From sequence record SRR20825006_1584: a DNA stretch of 64,000 nt. One strand, 5' to 3'. Under the pieces are notes generated by a model. It saw nothing but the letters and a program-made list of their open reading frames with translations. It did not search any database and was not told the DNA's origin. The translations under genes and the position numbers were made by a program. Shown here one piece after another: positions 20,258-31,033 of the stretch. Each line of letters begins with the position of its first letter. Positions within the stretch are counted from its first letter, which is position 1.

Positions 20258-21322
20258 TCACTCAATACTGTTAATCCATTCTTTCAACAGGTTAATACCT
20301 TCTTCATGCACAGTGGTTCGGCCCACTTCCGGCATCATGACGCCGGGATCGGTGGACTTAAGCCTGTGGATCAAGATCGATTGCTCGGGCTTGCCGGGCA
20401 TAATGTCATAGTCAAACCCGCCAGAGCCACGGCCCGCCGCCACGGGGCGCTTTTTATATCCCCATGCGGTTTTGTTATCTTCTGCCCAGGTGAGGAACAG
20501 GCCGGATGTTGACGCTGGCCCTTCAAGCCGGTGGCAATGCGCGCAGTTGATATCAAGATAGGCGCGGGCGCGGGCGTTCAGGTCCGCGCTTTCATCATCC
20601 ATCGCTGGTACTTTTGGCGCATCCTCATGTGCTGGTGCGCCCGTGAGGATTCCCGCTTCACTCCAATATGCAAGCTGGTTGGCTGCGCCGCCCTCATAAG
20701 GGTAGGTTTTGTTGAGGTTTCTGGCCTTCGGGCCAATGGGTGTGAATTCTTTATTGAACGTGTGGCAGCCTTTGCACTGGTTCTTGTTCGGCACCACATA
20801 ATTGGTTTGCCGAGAAGCACCCGCTTTATCGGTCCACGCAACGGGAAGCGTTTTCCCCGCCACCTTCAAAACACCGTCCTGCTTTTCTTCGTCCCAAACA
20901 TAAGCCCAGGCGTTCCAGCCCTTTTCCTGATGGATCAGAAGGCGGGTCTCGATAATGCGGACGCTTTTGGATGGCTCACGGAAGTCAGCCGGGTAGGCAA
21001 AGGTTTTGATCAGTGTGGTGCCAACAGGGAACTCAAAGGCTTCAGCGTCATTATAAACGGCCTTCTGGCCCTTTGGCACATAAACAAAACGGTATTTGTG
21101 CGCATAGTCGGTAAACAGAGGGGTGATAAGATCGTAGGGCACCACCCCCTCTGCCGGGGCCTGATGCACAGCATCAGAAAACAGACCATATTCAGATAAT
21201 AGTTTAGCGGGCCGCGCGCTCATGAGCGCGGCATCATTGACCTCTGCACCCGCCGGTACAGCCGTGATTACGACAAGCGAACAAAGGCCAAAAACAAGCT
21301 TACTCAAAACACGTCTGAACAA
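20258..21322 (-). CDS. SO2930-family diheme c-type cytochrome
   Basis: Signal peptide; two CxxCH motifs (CKGCH, CAHCH); LFTDYAHKYRF, FPVGT..KTF and ETRLL. Confidence 0.9.
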   Translation of the reverse strand: MFRRVLSKLVFGLCSLVVITAVPAGAEVNDAALMSARPAKLLSEYGLFSDAVHQAPAEGVVPYDLITPLFTDYAHKYRFVYVPKGQKAVYNDAEAFEFPVGTTLIKTFAYPADFREPSKSVRIIETRLLIHQEKGWNAWAYVWDEEKQDGVLKVAGKTLPVAWTDKAGASRQTNYVVPNKNQCKGCHTFNKEFTPIGPKARNLNKTYPYEGGAANQLAYWSEAGILTGAPAHEDAPKVPAMDDESADLNARARAYLDINCAHCHRLEGPASTSGLFLTWAEDNKTAWGYKKRPVAAGRGSGGFDYDIMPGKPEQSILIHRLKSTDPGVMMPEVGRTTVHEEGINLLKEWINSIE

Positions 21323-21359
21323 TGGCAGCTCTCCTTATCTCCTGTTTTAAACGTGCCGC

Positions 21360-22592
21360 TTATTGTTCCTGCGGCAGGCTAATCGGCTCGCGGGAGGGGA
21401 AAGAGCCATCATAGTTTTTGATATCCGTGTCAGGTGACGCCCCCCACGGCAGCACCATATCTTTCACGAACTGCAGGTTGGCAAAAGTGGTGCCTTCTGG
21501 CTCGCGGATATAAATTGCCTGATCATCATCCGGGCCAAAGAAGGCCGCCCAGACACCGTCAACCGCACCGTCCCACACAATTTGGGGGACCGGCATGCCG
21601 GTAGCAGGTGCAATCAGGTCCTTGACCGCACCATCTGGGTTATAACCTGCGCGCCCGTGTTTGTTGTCGTGCACATAGATAGCGCGCGGCAGCGGATTAT
21701 AGGTCGGGTCATTATATTCGCGCGGGTATGCGGCCAACAGGATGTTGGTTGAAGCATTTTCGCTGAGCTCATTGTCAAAAATTTCAATCTCACGGTTCGC
21801 CATCACCATGATGCCGGTGCCCATGGGAACGGTTGCGATGATGTTGCCGGGGGGCGCGAAATTTGGTGTGTCATTCGCCACAACCGTGTTGCCAAACACC
21901 CGCACCGAATGCCCGCCCATTTGCGGCAGGTTGGGAAGGTCAAACACCAATATGCCGCCTGTGTTGTGGGTGGCGACATTATTATAAACATCTGCGCGGT
22001 AGCTGTTCTCGATTTCGATACCAGCCACATTCAATTCCGCGCGGCTGTTGCGCACGATGATGTCCTGGCTTTGACCAACATAGATGCCTGCGTCAGAGCA
22101 GCCTTTCACGACAGCGCCGTCGATCAGGACATTTTTGGATTCGACCGGATAAAGGCCATAAGCCCCGTTTTCAGGGTGTGGCCCGCGGGTCCATTCAACC
22201 CGCACATTAATGAAGGAGATCTGGTCTACGCCTTTGGCTTTAATGCCGTCGCCGGGCGTATCCTCAACCGCAAGCGCTTCAACGCGCACGCCGTCAGAGG
22301 TAATAAGAAGGCCTTCGGAACCGCTGATCTGGTTCTTAAACGACAGTACCGTCTCATTCATACCCGCACCGCGAATGGTCACATTCGGCACATCAAGGGA
22401 AAGTGCGTTTGTCAGCTCATAAAATCCGGCCTTCAGCTCAATAGTGCTGCCCGGTTCTGCCAGGATAAGAGCTTCCTGCAGCGCTTCCTGAACATTCTCA
22501 CCCGGCTCGATTTCGATAACCTGCTGCGAGAATGCCGGCGCGCCAGCCGTGCCAAATGCGAGCACAAAAAATGCGATAATCAGTTTCTTCAT
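21360..22592 (-). CDS. Secreted parallel beta-helix repeat protein (partner of SO2930-family cytochromes)
   Basis: Signal peptide; NGAYGLYPV, SDAGIYVGQS, NVAGIEIENS and NTGGILVFDLP. Confidence 0.9.
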   Translation of the reverse strand: MKKLIIAFFVLAFGTAGAPAFSQQVIEIEPGENVQEALQEALILAEPGSTIELKAGFYELTNALSLDVPNVTIRGAGMNETVLSFKNQISGSEGLLITSDGVRVEALAVEDTPGDGIKAKGVDQISFINVRVEWTRGPHPENGAYGLYPVESKNVLIDGAVVKGCSDAGIYVGQSQDIIVRNSRAELNVAGIEIENSYRADVYNNVATHNTGGILVFDLPNLPQMGGHSVRVFGNTVVANDTPNFAPPGNIIATVPMGTGIMVMANREIEIFDNELSENASTNILLAAYPREYNDPTYNPLPRAIYVHDNKHGRAGYNPDGAVKDLIAPATGMPVPQIVWDGAVDGVWAAFFGPDDDQAIYIREPEGTTFANLQFVKDMVLPWGASPDTDIKNYDGSFPSREPISLPQEQ

Positions 22593-22665
22593 TGTTTCCC
22601 CCTAAGGCTTCCGCCCTGGATATCCATCACTCATCCATCAATGGAATCCATTAATTTCAGTATTG

Positions 22666-22718
22666 ATCATGCGCTCATCATAATCGTTCGTCAAGAAAAA
22701 GTGAAATTCTTTCATTTT
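22666..22718 (-). promoter_or_regulatory. Sigma70-like promoter of the beta-helix operon with an adjacent imperfect palindrome (candidate TetR operator)
   Basis: Minus strand TTGACG-17-CATGAT (22694-22666); AAAGTGAAA-TTC-TTTCATTTT at 22698-22718. Confidence 0.55.
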
Positions 22719-22785
22719 CTCATTATTGGACTATGGTGGCATATGAAGCTAAGAATAAAACCGTACCCGGGTTGCTGGAGCCTTC

Positions 22786-23391
22786 GTGAAACCGAGAACA
22801 CCTAAAAAGCTGCCTACGCAGGCACGCGCGATTGAGCGCCGCGACAAGATTTTGTCTGCGGCGGAAGCTTTGTTGCTGGAAGGTGGGCCACAGTCTGTAA
22901 CCACGACCACAATCGCACAAGCCGCCGAAATTCCTGTCGGTTCGATCTACCAGTATTTCGAAGATAAAGACGATGTGATCTCAACGCTTTATGACACCGC
23001 CTATGGCGAGGTGGAAGGCGAGGTCGTCACCGTTATGGTTGGCATCGAGCACGGGCTGGGTTTCAAGGAAACACATGAACGACTGGTCCGTGCCTTTTGG
23101 CAAGCCGCGCGTGCCCACAAAACTTTTCGTCCGCTCACACGCTGGGCCAACAGCCAACGGTCCCTTTGGGATGCAACACCCGGCCCTGAAAGCAGCCTTG
23201 GGCAACTGGTTATCAAAACGCTTGAGATCGCAGGTGTCACATTGCCCGATGACCGGCGCGAAGCGATGCTGCGCACCATTGTCACCACACTTTCTGTGTT
23301 GATCGACCAGGCGATTGAGGAAGATGATGAGGACACCGCAGAAACGCTGATTCTGGAAATGGCGCGGATGCTCTCCCTCTACGTCGGCTGA
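22786..23391 (+). CDS. TetR/AcrR family regulator
   Basis: PTQARA...TTTTIAQAAEIPVGSIYQYFEDK helix-turn-helix. Confidence 0.95.
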   Translation: MKPRTPKKLPTQARAIERRDKILSAAEALLLEGGPQSVTTTTIAQAAEIPVGSIYQYFEDKDDVISTLYDTAYGEVEGEVVTVMVGIEHGLGFKETHERLVRAFWQAARAHKTFRPLTRWANSQRSLWDATPGPESSLGQLVIKTLEIAGVTLPDDRREAMLRTIVTTLSVLIDQAIEEDDEDTAETLILEMARMLSLYVG

Positions 23392-23457
23392 TAAAAAAGC
23401 CGCGCAACCCTGGTACAGGCAACGCGGCTCCCATTAGAATTTAGCTTAAAACCCAGC

Positions 23458-24603
23458 CTATTCCGTCAGGTCATCCCAAAGGTCCTTGACCTTGGAGAAG
23501 AAACCTTCCGAGCGCGGTGAAACACTGTCACCACCTTCAGCGGCAAACTCTTCCATCAACTCGCGCTGGCGTTTGGACAAGTTGGTCGGCGTTTCCACCA
23601 CAGTTTCAATGATCATATCACCCGTGAAACCACCATTCAGCTCTGGCATGCCTTTGCCGCGAAGGCGGAACTGGCGGCCACTTTGCGTGCCGTCCGGCAC
23701 CTTGATGCGGGCGCGTTTGCCTTCAATGGTTGGCACCTCGATGTCACCACCAAGCGTGGCTGTCGACATCGGGATAGGCACCTGACAATAGAGCATGTCA
23801 CCGTCCCGCTTGAAGAGCGGGTGTGGTCGGATGGAGAGGAAGATATAGAGGTCACCGGGCGGTGCACCACGCGAGCCAGCTTCACCTTCGCCTGCAAGAC
23901 GAATACGGGTGCCTTCTTCAACCCCTTGCGGGATTTTAACCTGAAGTGTTTTTTCCTTGCGAACACGACCAGCACCTGAGCACGACCGGCAAGGGTTCAG
24001 GATCACACTGCCGTTGCCGTGGCATTTAGGGCAGGTGCGTTCCACCATGAAAAAGCCCTGGCTTGCCCGAACCTTACCCGCACCACCACAGGTGTCACAC
24101 ACCTCGGGTTTGGAGCCAGGTTCAGCGCCTGAGCCACTACAAGGTTCACACGGAACCGAAGTGGGCACGCGGATCTGATCGGTTTTGCCCCGGTAAGCGT
24201 CCTCGAGGTTGATTTCCATATTGAAGCGCAGGTCATTACCGCGCCCGGCTGCGGCACCACCGCCACGGCGCCTGCGGCCACCGCCGCCCATGAAATCGCC
24301 AAAAAACTCTTCAAAGACATCTGAAAAATCAAAACCTGCGCCGCCATGACCACCGCGGCCACCGCCGCCCATGCCATGCTCAAATGCTGCATGGCCGTAC
24401 CGGTCATAAGCCGCACGCTTTTCCGGGTCTTTGAGGACGTCATAAGCCTCGCCGATTTCCTTGAATTTCTTCTCGGCTTCGGCATCACCCGGATTTTTGT
24501 CCGGGTGGTATTGCATCGCCTGCTTACGAAACGCCTTTTTCAGCGTTGTTTCGTCAGCGTCTTTGCCAACACCTAAAAGCTCGTAATAATCTTGTTTCGA
24601 CAT
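23458..24603 (-). CDS. dnaJ: Chaperone DnaJ
   Basis: J domain HPD, G/F-rich region, four CxxCxGxG repeats. Confidence 0.99.
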   Translation of the reverse strand: MSKQDYYELLGVGKDADETTLKKAFRKQAMQYHPDKNPGDAEAEKKFKEIGEAYDVLKDPEKRAAYDRYGHAAFEHGMGGGGRGGHGGAGFDFSDVFEEFFGDFMGGGGRRRRGGGAAAGRGNDLRFNMEINLEDAYRGKTDQIRVPTSVPCEPCSGSGAEPGSKPEVCDTCGGAGKVRASQGFFMVERTCPKCHGNGSVILNPCRSCSGAGRVRKEKTLQVKIPQGVEEGTRIRLAGEGEAGSRGAPPGDLYIFLSIRPHPLFKRDGDMLYCQVPIPMSTATLGGDIEVPTIEGKRARIKVPDGTQSGRQFRLRGKGMPELNGGFTGDMIIETVVETPTNLSKRQRELMEEFAAEGGDSVSPRSEGFFSKVKDLWDDLTE

Positions 24604-24732
24604 AAACGGCTCCCCGCGCTTTTTGCCCCGTCATACCAAAACCTAGCATCGCGCTTGGCTTAAAATGGTACGCCGCCCGCCACAGTCTTGTGGGAGGCGG
24701 CGCCCAAATTGGTATGGCGTCAGGCAGCCATC

Positions 24733-26655
24733 TTATTTCTTGTCGTTTTCTTCGACTTCTTCAAAGTCTGCGTCCACAATGTCGTCATCGCCTTCTTCCG
24801 CAGCTTTCGCTGCAGCGTCAGCCTGCTCTGCGTCGGACGCGCCTTCTTCCTGGCCAGCTTTGTAGATCTGCTCACCAAGTTTCATGGTTGCCTGTGCAAG
24901 CACTTCGGTTTTCTGCTTGATCTCATCGGGCTCATCACCTTCAAGGGCAGATTTCAGCTCGGTCACAGCGGCCTCAATCGCGGCTTTGTCTGTATCCGTA
25001 ACTTTGTCCTTGTGCTCTTCAAGGTTTTTCTCAGCCGAATGGATCAGTGCTTCAGCCTGGTTTTTGGCTTCAACAAGTTCCTTGCGCTTCTTGTCTGCGT
25101 CAGCGTTAGCTTCCGCATCCTTGACCATCTGCTCGATATCAGCATCGGAGAGACCACCAGATGCCTGAATGCGGATCTGCTGCTCTTTGCCGGTGCCTTT
25201 ATCTTTTGCAGACACGTTTACGATACCGTTCGCGTCAATATCAAAGGCCACCTCAATTTGCGGTACACCGCGCGGGGCGGACGGGATACCCACAAGGTCA
25301 AACTGACCAAGGAGCTTGTTATCCGCCGCCATTTCGCGTTCGCCCTGGAAGACACGGATGGTTACCGCACCCTGGTTGTCTTCCGCCGTTGAGAAGACCT
25401 GAGCCTTCTTGGTCGGGATTGTAGTGTTCCGCTCGATCAGGCGTGTGAACACACCGCCAAGTGTCTCAATACCGAGTGACAGCGGGGTTACGTCAAGAAG
25501 CAGAACATCTTTCACGTCGCCTTGCAGAACACCAGCCTGAATTGCAGCACCCATGGCTACCACTTCATCAGGGTTCACACCCTTATGTGGTTCGCGGCCA
25601 AAGAACTCTTTCACCACTTCCTGGATCTTCGGCATCCGGGTCTGACCACCAACAAGCACAACGTCGTCGATCTCGCCAGCAGAGAGGCCCGCATCCTTAA
25701 GCGCTTTTTTACAAGGCTCAAGCGTGCGCTTCACCAGATCTTCCACAAGGCTTTCAAGCTTCGCACGTGTCAGTTTGATCTGAAGGTGTTTCGGGCCGGA
25801 AGCATCTGCGGTGATGAACGGCAGGTTCACTTCAGTTTGTGTTGAAGAGGAAAGCTCGATCTTGGCTTTCTCTGCAGCTTCCTTCAGGCGCTGAAGCGCC
25901 ATGCGGTCGCCTTTGAGGTCGATGCCGTTCTCTTTTTTGAACTCTTCGGCCAGATAATCAACAAGGCGCATGTCAAAGTCTTCACCACCGAGGAAGGTGT
26001 CCCCGTTTGTGGATTTCACTTCAAACACACCGTCACCGATTTCAAGCACGGATACGTCAAACGTACCACCGCCAAGGTCAAACACTGCAATCGTGTGGCC
26101 TTCTTCTTTTTCAAGGCCGTAAGCAAGCGCTGCTGCGGTTGGTTCGTTGATGATACGCAGAACCTCAAGGCCCGCGATCTTGCCGGCGTCTTTTGTCGCC
26201 TGGCGCTGCGCATCGTTGAAATATGCAGGCACCGTGATCACAGCCTGGTCAACGTCTTCGCCGAGGTAGCTTTCTGCGGTTTCCTTCATTTTTTGAAGGA
26301 TCATCGCGGAAACCTGGCTTGGGGAGTATTTCTCACCCTTGGCTTCTACCCATGCGTCGCCGTTGTCGGCTTTCACGATATTGTAAGGCACCATGCCTTT
26401 ATCTTTTTGCGTGGTTGGGTCATCAAATGTGCGGCCAATCAGGCGCTTGATGGCAAAAAGAGTGTCTGTGGCATTTGTTACGGCCTGGCGTTTTGCAGCC
26501 TGGCCAACAAGGCGTTCGCCACCGTCGGTGAAACCCACGATAGACGGCGTGGTACGCGCGCCTTCAGAGTTTTCAATAACTTTTGGTTTGGACCCGTCCA
26601 TAATGGATACGCAGGAGTTTGTCGTACCCAGATCGATACCGATTACTTTACCCAT
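24733..26655 (-). CDS. dnaK: Chaperone DnaK
   Basis: [24 protein letters not shown] and other Hsp70 motifs. Confidence 0.99.
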   Translation of the reverse strand: MGKVIGIDLGTTNSCVSIMDGSKPKVIENSEGARTTPSIVGFTDGGERLVGQAAKRQAVTNATDTLFAIKRLIGRTFDDPTTQKDKGMVPYNIVKADNGDAWVEAKGEKYSPSQVSAMILQKMKETAESYLGEDVDQAVITVPAYFNDAQRQATKDAGKIAGLEVLRIINEPTAAALAYGLEKEEGHTIAVFDLGGGTFDVSVLEIGDGVFEVKSTNGDTFLGGEDFDMRLVDYLAEEFKKENGIDLKGDRMALQRLKEAAEKAKIELSSSTQTEVNLPFITADASGPKHLQIKLTRAKLESLVEDLVKRTLEPCKKALKDAGLSAGEIDDVVLVGGQTRMPKIQEVVKEFFGREPHKGVNPDEVVAMGAAIQAGVLQGDVKDVLLLDVTPLSLGIETLGGVFTRLIERNTTIPTKKAQVFSTAEDNQGAVTIRVFQGEREMAADNKLLGQFDLVGIPSAPRGVPQIEVAFDIDANGIVNVSAKDKGTGKEQQIRIQASGGLSDADIEQMVKDAEANADADKKRKELVEAKNQAEALIHSAEKNLEEHKDKVTDTDKAAIEAAVTELKSALEGDEPDEIKQKTEVLAQATMKLGEQIYKAGQEEGASDAEQADAAAKAAEEGDDDIVDADFEEVEENDKK

Positions 26656-26784
26656 ATTACCTTTTCCCTTCGTCAAGCCGACTGCTTGGGCCCAGATGGC
26701 ACCCGTTTCACAGCCTCTTTGGGTTCATGTTTTTTGTTCCATCGCTTCTGGCCAAAACGTCCGGCTTTCAGCGTCTTTCTGCGC

Positions 26785-26815
26785 CTATATAGGGTCGGGA
26801 GCATAGGGCCGCAAG
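26785..26815 (-). promoter_or_regulatory. RpoH (sigma32) promoter of dnaK
   Basis: Minus strand CTTG-N17-CCCTATATAG, matching the alphaproteobacterial RpoH consensus. Confidence 0.8.
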
Positions 26816-26850
26816 GGTATGTTGTGATAAATTTTGTAAGTTTTTCACAG

Positions 26851-26866
26851 GTTAAAAGTCTTTTAA
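26851..26866. promoter_or_regulatory. CtrA box
   Basis: TTAA-AAGACTT-TTAAC on the minus strand (full TTAA-N7-TTAAC), between dnaK and the signal peptidase gene. Confidence 0.6.
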
Positions 26867-27013
26867 GCATACAGCGTTGATGCTTGATAAGAGGAATGTG
26901 ATCTCGTGATAAGCGAAACAAAGATTGAAAACGAAAGCCTTCTGGCTAAACTCGCCACCGGATCTAGATCACAAAAACCAATAATAATGCCGACAGCAAA
27001 GGGCGGGAAACCA

Positions 27014-27787
27014 ATGACGGAAGACACCAAGGAATTGGCCGGAGAGGCCAAGAAACCTGCCAAGAATGAAGCTGCCGTGCTTCTGAAAGATCTCGGGGTT
27101 ATCGTTCTTTTTTATCTGGTGTTCACCACCTTCGGCTGGGGCAGCTTCCATATACCAAGCGGCAGCATGGAACCTACACTTGAGGTGGGAGACCGTATTT
27201 TTGTCTCCAAACTTTCCTACGGTTACAATCGGTTCTCCTTTAATTTTGACCCAAGCTTTATTCCCGAGAGCCGCCTGTTTGATGACGCGCCTGAACGCGG
27301 CGATGTCGCTGTGTTCACACTGCCGCACCGCAACCACAATGATTTCATCAAACGCGTGATCGGCCTGCCGGGCGACACCATCCAGCTGAAAGGCGGCCGC
27401 CTTTACATTAATGGTGACCTTGTACAACGCACTTTCATCCGCGATGTGAACTATACGGACTATAGTGGCCATGAGCGTCGGGTGAAGGAATATGAAGAAA
27501 CACTGCCCGGCGGCGTGAAACACCGCATTTATGAGCGCACCGACCGCGCGCCCTATGACAACACCTCGCTTTATGTAGTGCCACAGGGGCATTATTTCAT
27601 GATGGGGGACAACCGGGACGGCTCAGCTGACAGTCGGGAGCTGGGCAATATGGGTTTTGTGAAACACGCTTACCTTGTTGGCCGCGCTGATGTCACCACC
27701 TTCAGCCTTTATGACTGCGACCAGGGCAAGGAGATCACCTGCCCCATCGGTGTCCCGCTCGGGCGCTTCTTCACCCTCATAAAATAG
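27014..27787 (+). CDS. lepB: Signal peptidase I
   Basis: IPSGSMEPTL (Ser), FIKRVIGLPGD (Lys) and MGDNRDGSADSR; N-terminal TM. Start uncertain. Confidence 0.93.
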   Translation: MTEDTKELAGEAKKPAKNEAAVLLKDLGVIVLFYLVFTTFGWGSFHIPSGSMEPTLEVGDRIFVSKLSYGYNRFSFNFDPSFIPESRLFDDAPERGDVAVFTLPHRNHNDFIKRVIGLPGDTIQLKGGRLYINGDLVQRTFIRDVNYTDYSGHERRVKEYEETLPGGVKHRIYERTDRAPYDNTSLYVVPQGHYFMMGDNRDGSADSRELGNMGFVKHAYLVGRADVTTFSLYDCDQGKEITCPIGVPLGRFFTLIK

Positions 27788-27839
27788 GGTTGCAGCCGCT
27801 TTGGCTACAACCCCTTTTGCTGCCCCACATGGGGCCCAG

Positions 27840-28220
27840 TTATTTGATGAAATGCAGCGCGCAGACCTTGTTGCCGCTTGGGTCACGCAGGTAGGCAAGA
27901 TACAATTTTTTGCCACCGCCTTCGCGAATGCCCGGTGGGTCTTCAATTGCCGTGCCGCCATGAGCAAGGCCCGCTGCGTGCCAGGCATCGACCATTTCCG
28001 GACTTGAGGCCGCAAAACCGAGTGTGCTGCCATTGCCACAAGTGGCCGGTTGGCCGTCAATAGGTTTGGAAAGTGAAAAAACACCGGTTTTCTCATAATA
28101 GAAACAACGGCCCTTCTCATCCACAAGGCCCGGCCGATGGCCCAATACTTCCATCACTGCGTCGTAAAACTTCTTGGACTCGGCGACATCTTCCGCCCCG
28201 AGCATGACATGACTGAACAT
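27840..28220 (-). CDS. VOC/glyoxalase family protein
   Basis: MFSHVMLG...FYDA, NGSTLGF and AYLRDPSGNK. Confidence 0.92.
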   Translation of the reverse strand: MFSHVMLGAEDVAESKKFYDAVMEVLGHRPGLVDEKGRCFYYEKTGVFSLSKPIDGQPATCGNGSTLGFAASSPEMVDAWHAAGLAHGGTAIEDPPGIREGGGKKLYLAYLRDPSGNKVCALHFIK

Positions 28221-28312
28221 TCCCAGCCCCTCTTCTCAAATGAACTTATTCTGCTTTTCATGAAGTAAGGTTATCGGGCTTTTGGTCAATGTGCCTTGCC
28301 CCAATGCCCGTG

Positions 28313-28987
28313 CTAACTGTTCCAGACCGGATTTTCGAGCTTGGCAATAAAAGCCGCGTGGATCGCACGCTCTTCCTCGCTCACCGGAAAGCTGCGTTTC
28401 TCCCGCACTTTTTTCTCGCGCACCGCAAGCCCGCTGTCGTTATCAACCGCGAGATCAAGCCCCGCCTGTCTGCCGCCCAGGAGCTCAATATAAACATCGG
28501 CCAAAATCTCGGCATCCAAGAGCGCACCGTGAAGCGTACGGTGACCGTTTGACACACCAAACCGTTTGCATAGGGCATCAAGTGAGTTGGCCGCACCGGG
28601 GAATTTATTACGCGCTATCGCCAGCGTATCGATAAAACGTTTCGCGTGAACAATGGGGCGGCCTGCGTTCTCCAGCTCCCAGTTGATGAAGCGCATATCA
28701 AACTCGGCGTTGTGAGCCACAAGCTTGCTATCGTCACCGATAAACTCGAGAAACTCGTCCATGATCTCAGAGAACACGGGCTTGTCGCGCAGGAAATCCG
28801 TGGTCAGGCCGTGTACCTTCACCGCAGCCTCAGGCACGTCGCGTTCCGGGTTGACAAATTGGTGGTAGTGACGACCGGTGAGGTTTCTATCCACCATTTC
28901 AACAAGGCCAATTTCGATAAGCCGGTCACCGCTCAGGGGGTCAAAACCCGTGGTCTCCGTATCGAAAATCAGCTCACGCATACTCAT
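28313..28987 (-). CDS. dnaQ: DNA polymerase III epsilon subunit
   Basis: DTETTG, AHNAEFD and HGALLDA (DEDDh); ATGA overlap with the coaE stop. Confidence 0.97.
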   Translation of the reverse strand: MSMRELIFDTETTGFDPLSGDRLIEIGLVEMVDRNLTGRHYHQFVNPERDVPEAAVKVHGLTTDFLRDKPVFSEIMDEFLEFIGDDSKLVAHNAEFDMRFINWELENAGRPIVHAKRFIDTLAIARNKFPGAANSLDALCKRFGVSNGHRTLHGALLDAEILADVYIELLGGRQAGLDLAVDNDSGLAVREKKVREKRSFPVSEEERAIHAAFIAKLENPVWNS

Positions 28988-29577
28988 GCCCATCTCTCCA
29001 GTTCATCAACTATTTTCTTAACCGCCCCGAACGCGTGATCTAGGCCTTTGCTGGTGTCTATCACATAATCAGCGCCGTCGCGCTTCACTTTATCTGGTGT
29101 TTGTTTGCCAAGGATATCGTCAAATTTTTCAGCTGTCATGCCGGGGCGGGCCAGTACGCGTTCGCGCTGAACCTCCGAGGGCGCAGATACCACCACCACC
29201 TTGTCACAAGCCTTATAGCCGCCGGTTTCAAACAGAAGCGGTATATCAAGCACAACAAATTTTGCGCCCGCTTTTTCAGCCTCGTTAAAAAAAGCCGCAC
29301 GCTCTTCAGCCACCATGGGGTGAATGATGTTTTCCAGCTTTTTTCGCGCGGCGTCATCTTTGAAAACACGTTCGCCAAGTTTTGCACGGTCAAGCACACC
29401 GTCTTCTATCACGCCGGGGAAAGCCGCTTCTATATGAGGGATGGCGCGCCCACCTTTCGCCTGCAAGGCATGCACTGCGGCATCCGCATCAAACACAGGT
29501 ACACCAAGCGTTTGAAACATCTTCGCCGTCTCAGACTTTCCCATGCCGATAGAACCGGTGAGCCCAATGATCTTCAT
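28984..29577 (-). CDS. coaE: Dephospho-CoA kinase
   Basis: [11 protein letters not shown] and DIPLLFE motifs. Confidence 0.97.
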   Translation of the reverse strand: MKIIGLTGSIGMGKSETAKMFQTLGVPVFDADAAVHALQAKGGRAIPHIEAAFPGVIEDGVLDRAKLGERVFKDDAARKKLENIIHPMVAEERAAFFNEAEKAGAKFVVLDIPLLFETGGYKACDKVVVVSAPSEVQRERVLARPGMTAEKFDDILGKQTPDKVKRDGADYVIDTSKGLDHAFGAVKKIVDELERWA

Positions 29578-30410
29578 CGAAACACCGCCTCCAGCCGTTC
29601 TTTAAGCACATCATCATACTCAGGCATGATATCAAACCATATCTTGAACGCCGCTGCCGCCTGATAGACCAGCATGCCAAGCCCGGTCACCGTTCTGAGC
29701 CCACGCTCCGCCGCTTCATTCAAGAGCGGTGTGATAAGCGGTTGGTATACAATGTCATACACAACGGTGTCTTTGCCTGCGCGGGAAAGGTCAACATCAA
29801 GGGCAGGGTTGCCGTGCATACCAAGAACCGTGGTGTTTACGATAAGGCCCGATGATGCCGCCGCCTCATGCCTGCTGTTCCAGTCGATCACGACCATACG
29901 GCCCCGGCCAACCTCCGCCGCCACCGTTTCCGCCTTTTCACGCGTGCGGTTTGAGATCATCACAAAAGGCAGGTCCTCGTTCAAAAGACCAAGAGCCGCC
30001 GCCCGCGCGGCACCACCCGCGCCAAGCACAAGTGCTGGTTTGTCTTTCGGCCAGGACGCGACAGATTTCTGCAGGTTTGCCACAAGGCCAATGCCGTCGG
30101 TATTAAAACCTGTGATAACGCCGTTTTCATCAATTTTGACAGTGTTCACCGCCCCCATGAGGCGCGCAAGCGGCGCTACTATATCAAGGTGTGGGATAAT
30201 CATTTCCTTATGAGGGACCGTGATATTGAACCCCACATATCCTTCCATTTTCATTTTATTGATAGCGCTTCCCAGATCATCGGGAGCAACAGGCATTTTC
30301 TCATAAACACCGTCCACACCATGAGTGGCCATCCAGTGACTGTGAATAACCGGCGATAGTGTATGGGTAAGCGGCCAGCCAATCACCGCAGCTTTATGGG
30401 GGTTACTCAT
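29574..30410 (-). CDS. aroE: Shikimate dehydrogenase
   Basis: [24 protein letters not shown] and GLGMLVYQA motifs. Confidence 0.97.
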   Translation of the reverse strand: MSNPHKAAVIGWPLTHTLSPVIHSHWMATHGVDGVYEKMPVAPDDLGSAINKMKMEGYVGFNITVPHKEMIIPHLDIVAPLARLMGAVNTVKIDENGVITGFNTDGIGLVANLQKSVASWPKDKPALVLGAGGAARAAALGLLNEDLPFVMISNRTREKAETVAAEVGRGRMVVIDWNSRHEAAASSGLIVNTTVLGMHGNPALDVDLSRAGKDTVVYDIVYQPLITPLLNEAAERGLRTVTGLGMLVYQAAAAFKIWFDIMPEYDDVLKERLEAVFR

Positions 30411-31033
30411 AAGGGAAGCACCTCTCTTCGGCGCAGATAGTCAAGCACAGGCAACAGGGGCAAGCCAAGCACTGTGAAAAAGTCACCGTCAACACGGGTG
30501 AAAAGCTGAGCGCCCTGGCCCTCCAGCTGATACGCGCCCGCCGACCATAAAGCCGCGTCACCAATATCATCAAGGTAACTATCAATAAATGCATCGCTCA
30601 AGGTGCGCATGGTCAGCTTCACGCTATCAAGTGCGCGCCACACCGCCTCACCGCCCTGATAAATCACAGCAGCAGAGACCAGCTCATGCGTGCCACCAGC
30701 AAGCGCCATCAGCGTTTTTTTGGCGTCCTCGCGGGTGCTGGCTTTTGAAAACAGCACGCCGTCTTTCGATATCACCTGATCAGACCCGAGAATGAGAGCA
30801 CCTGGGTGCATAAAGGAAACCGAGCGCGCTTTCATATCCGCGAGCGCATCGGCGATATCCCGTGGGGACGCGCCGTCCGCCAACAGGGCAGCCTTGATCG
30901 CGTCTTCATCCACAGCGGGTTTGATGCTTTTAAAGCGCACTCCGGCGTCAGCCAACATCTTCACGCGGGTCTCACTGCCAGACGCAAGGATGAGCTCAGG
31001 CACGTCAGCTCTTACGCCGTCAGTCCCTGCCAT
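30407..31033 (-). CDS. maf: Maf family nucleoside triphosphate pyrophosphatase
   Basis: LILASGS, GSDQV, GAYQLEG and VLGLPL motifs. Confidence 0.95.
   Translation of the reverse strand: MAGTDGVRADVPELILASGSETRVKMLADAGVRFKSIKPAVDEDAIKAALLADGASPRDIADALADMKARSVSFMHPGALILGSDQVISKDGVLFSKASTREDAKKTLMALAGGTHELVSAAVIYQGGEAVWRALDSVKLTMRTLSDAFIDSYLDDIGDAALWSAGAYQLEGQGAQLFTRVDGDFFTVLGLPLLPVLDYLRRREVLPL

Noticed and set aside
24671-24703. GC-rich hairpin between dnaK and dnaJ as an sRNA
   Set aside because: More simply an intra-operon stabilising or attenuating stem; nothing supports an independent RNA.
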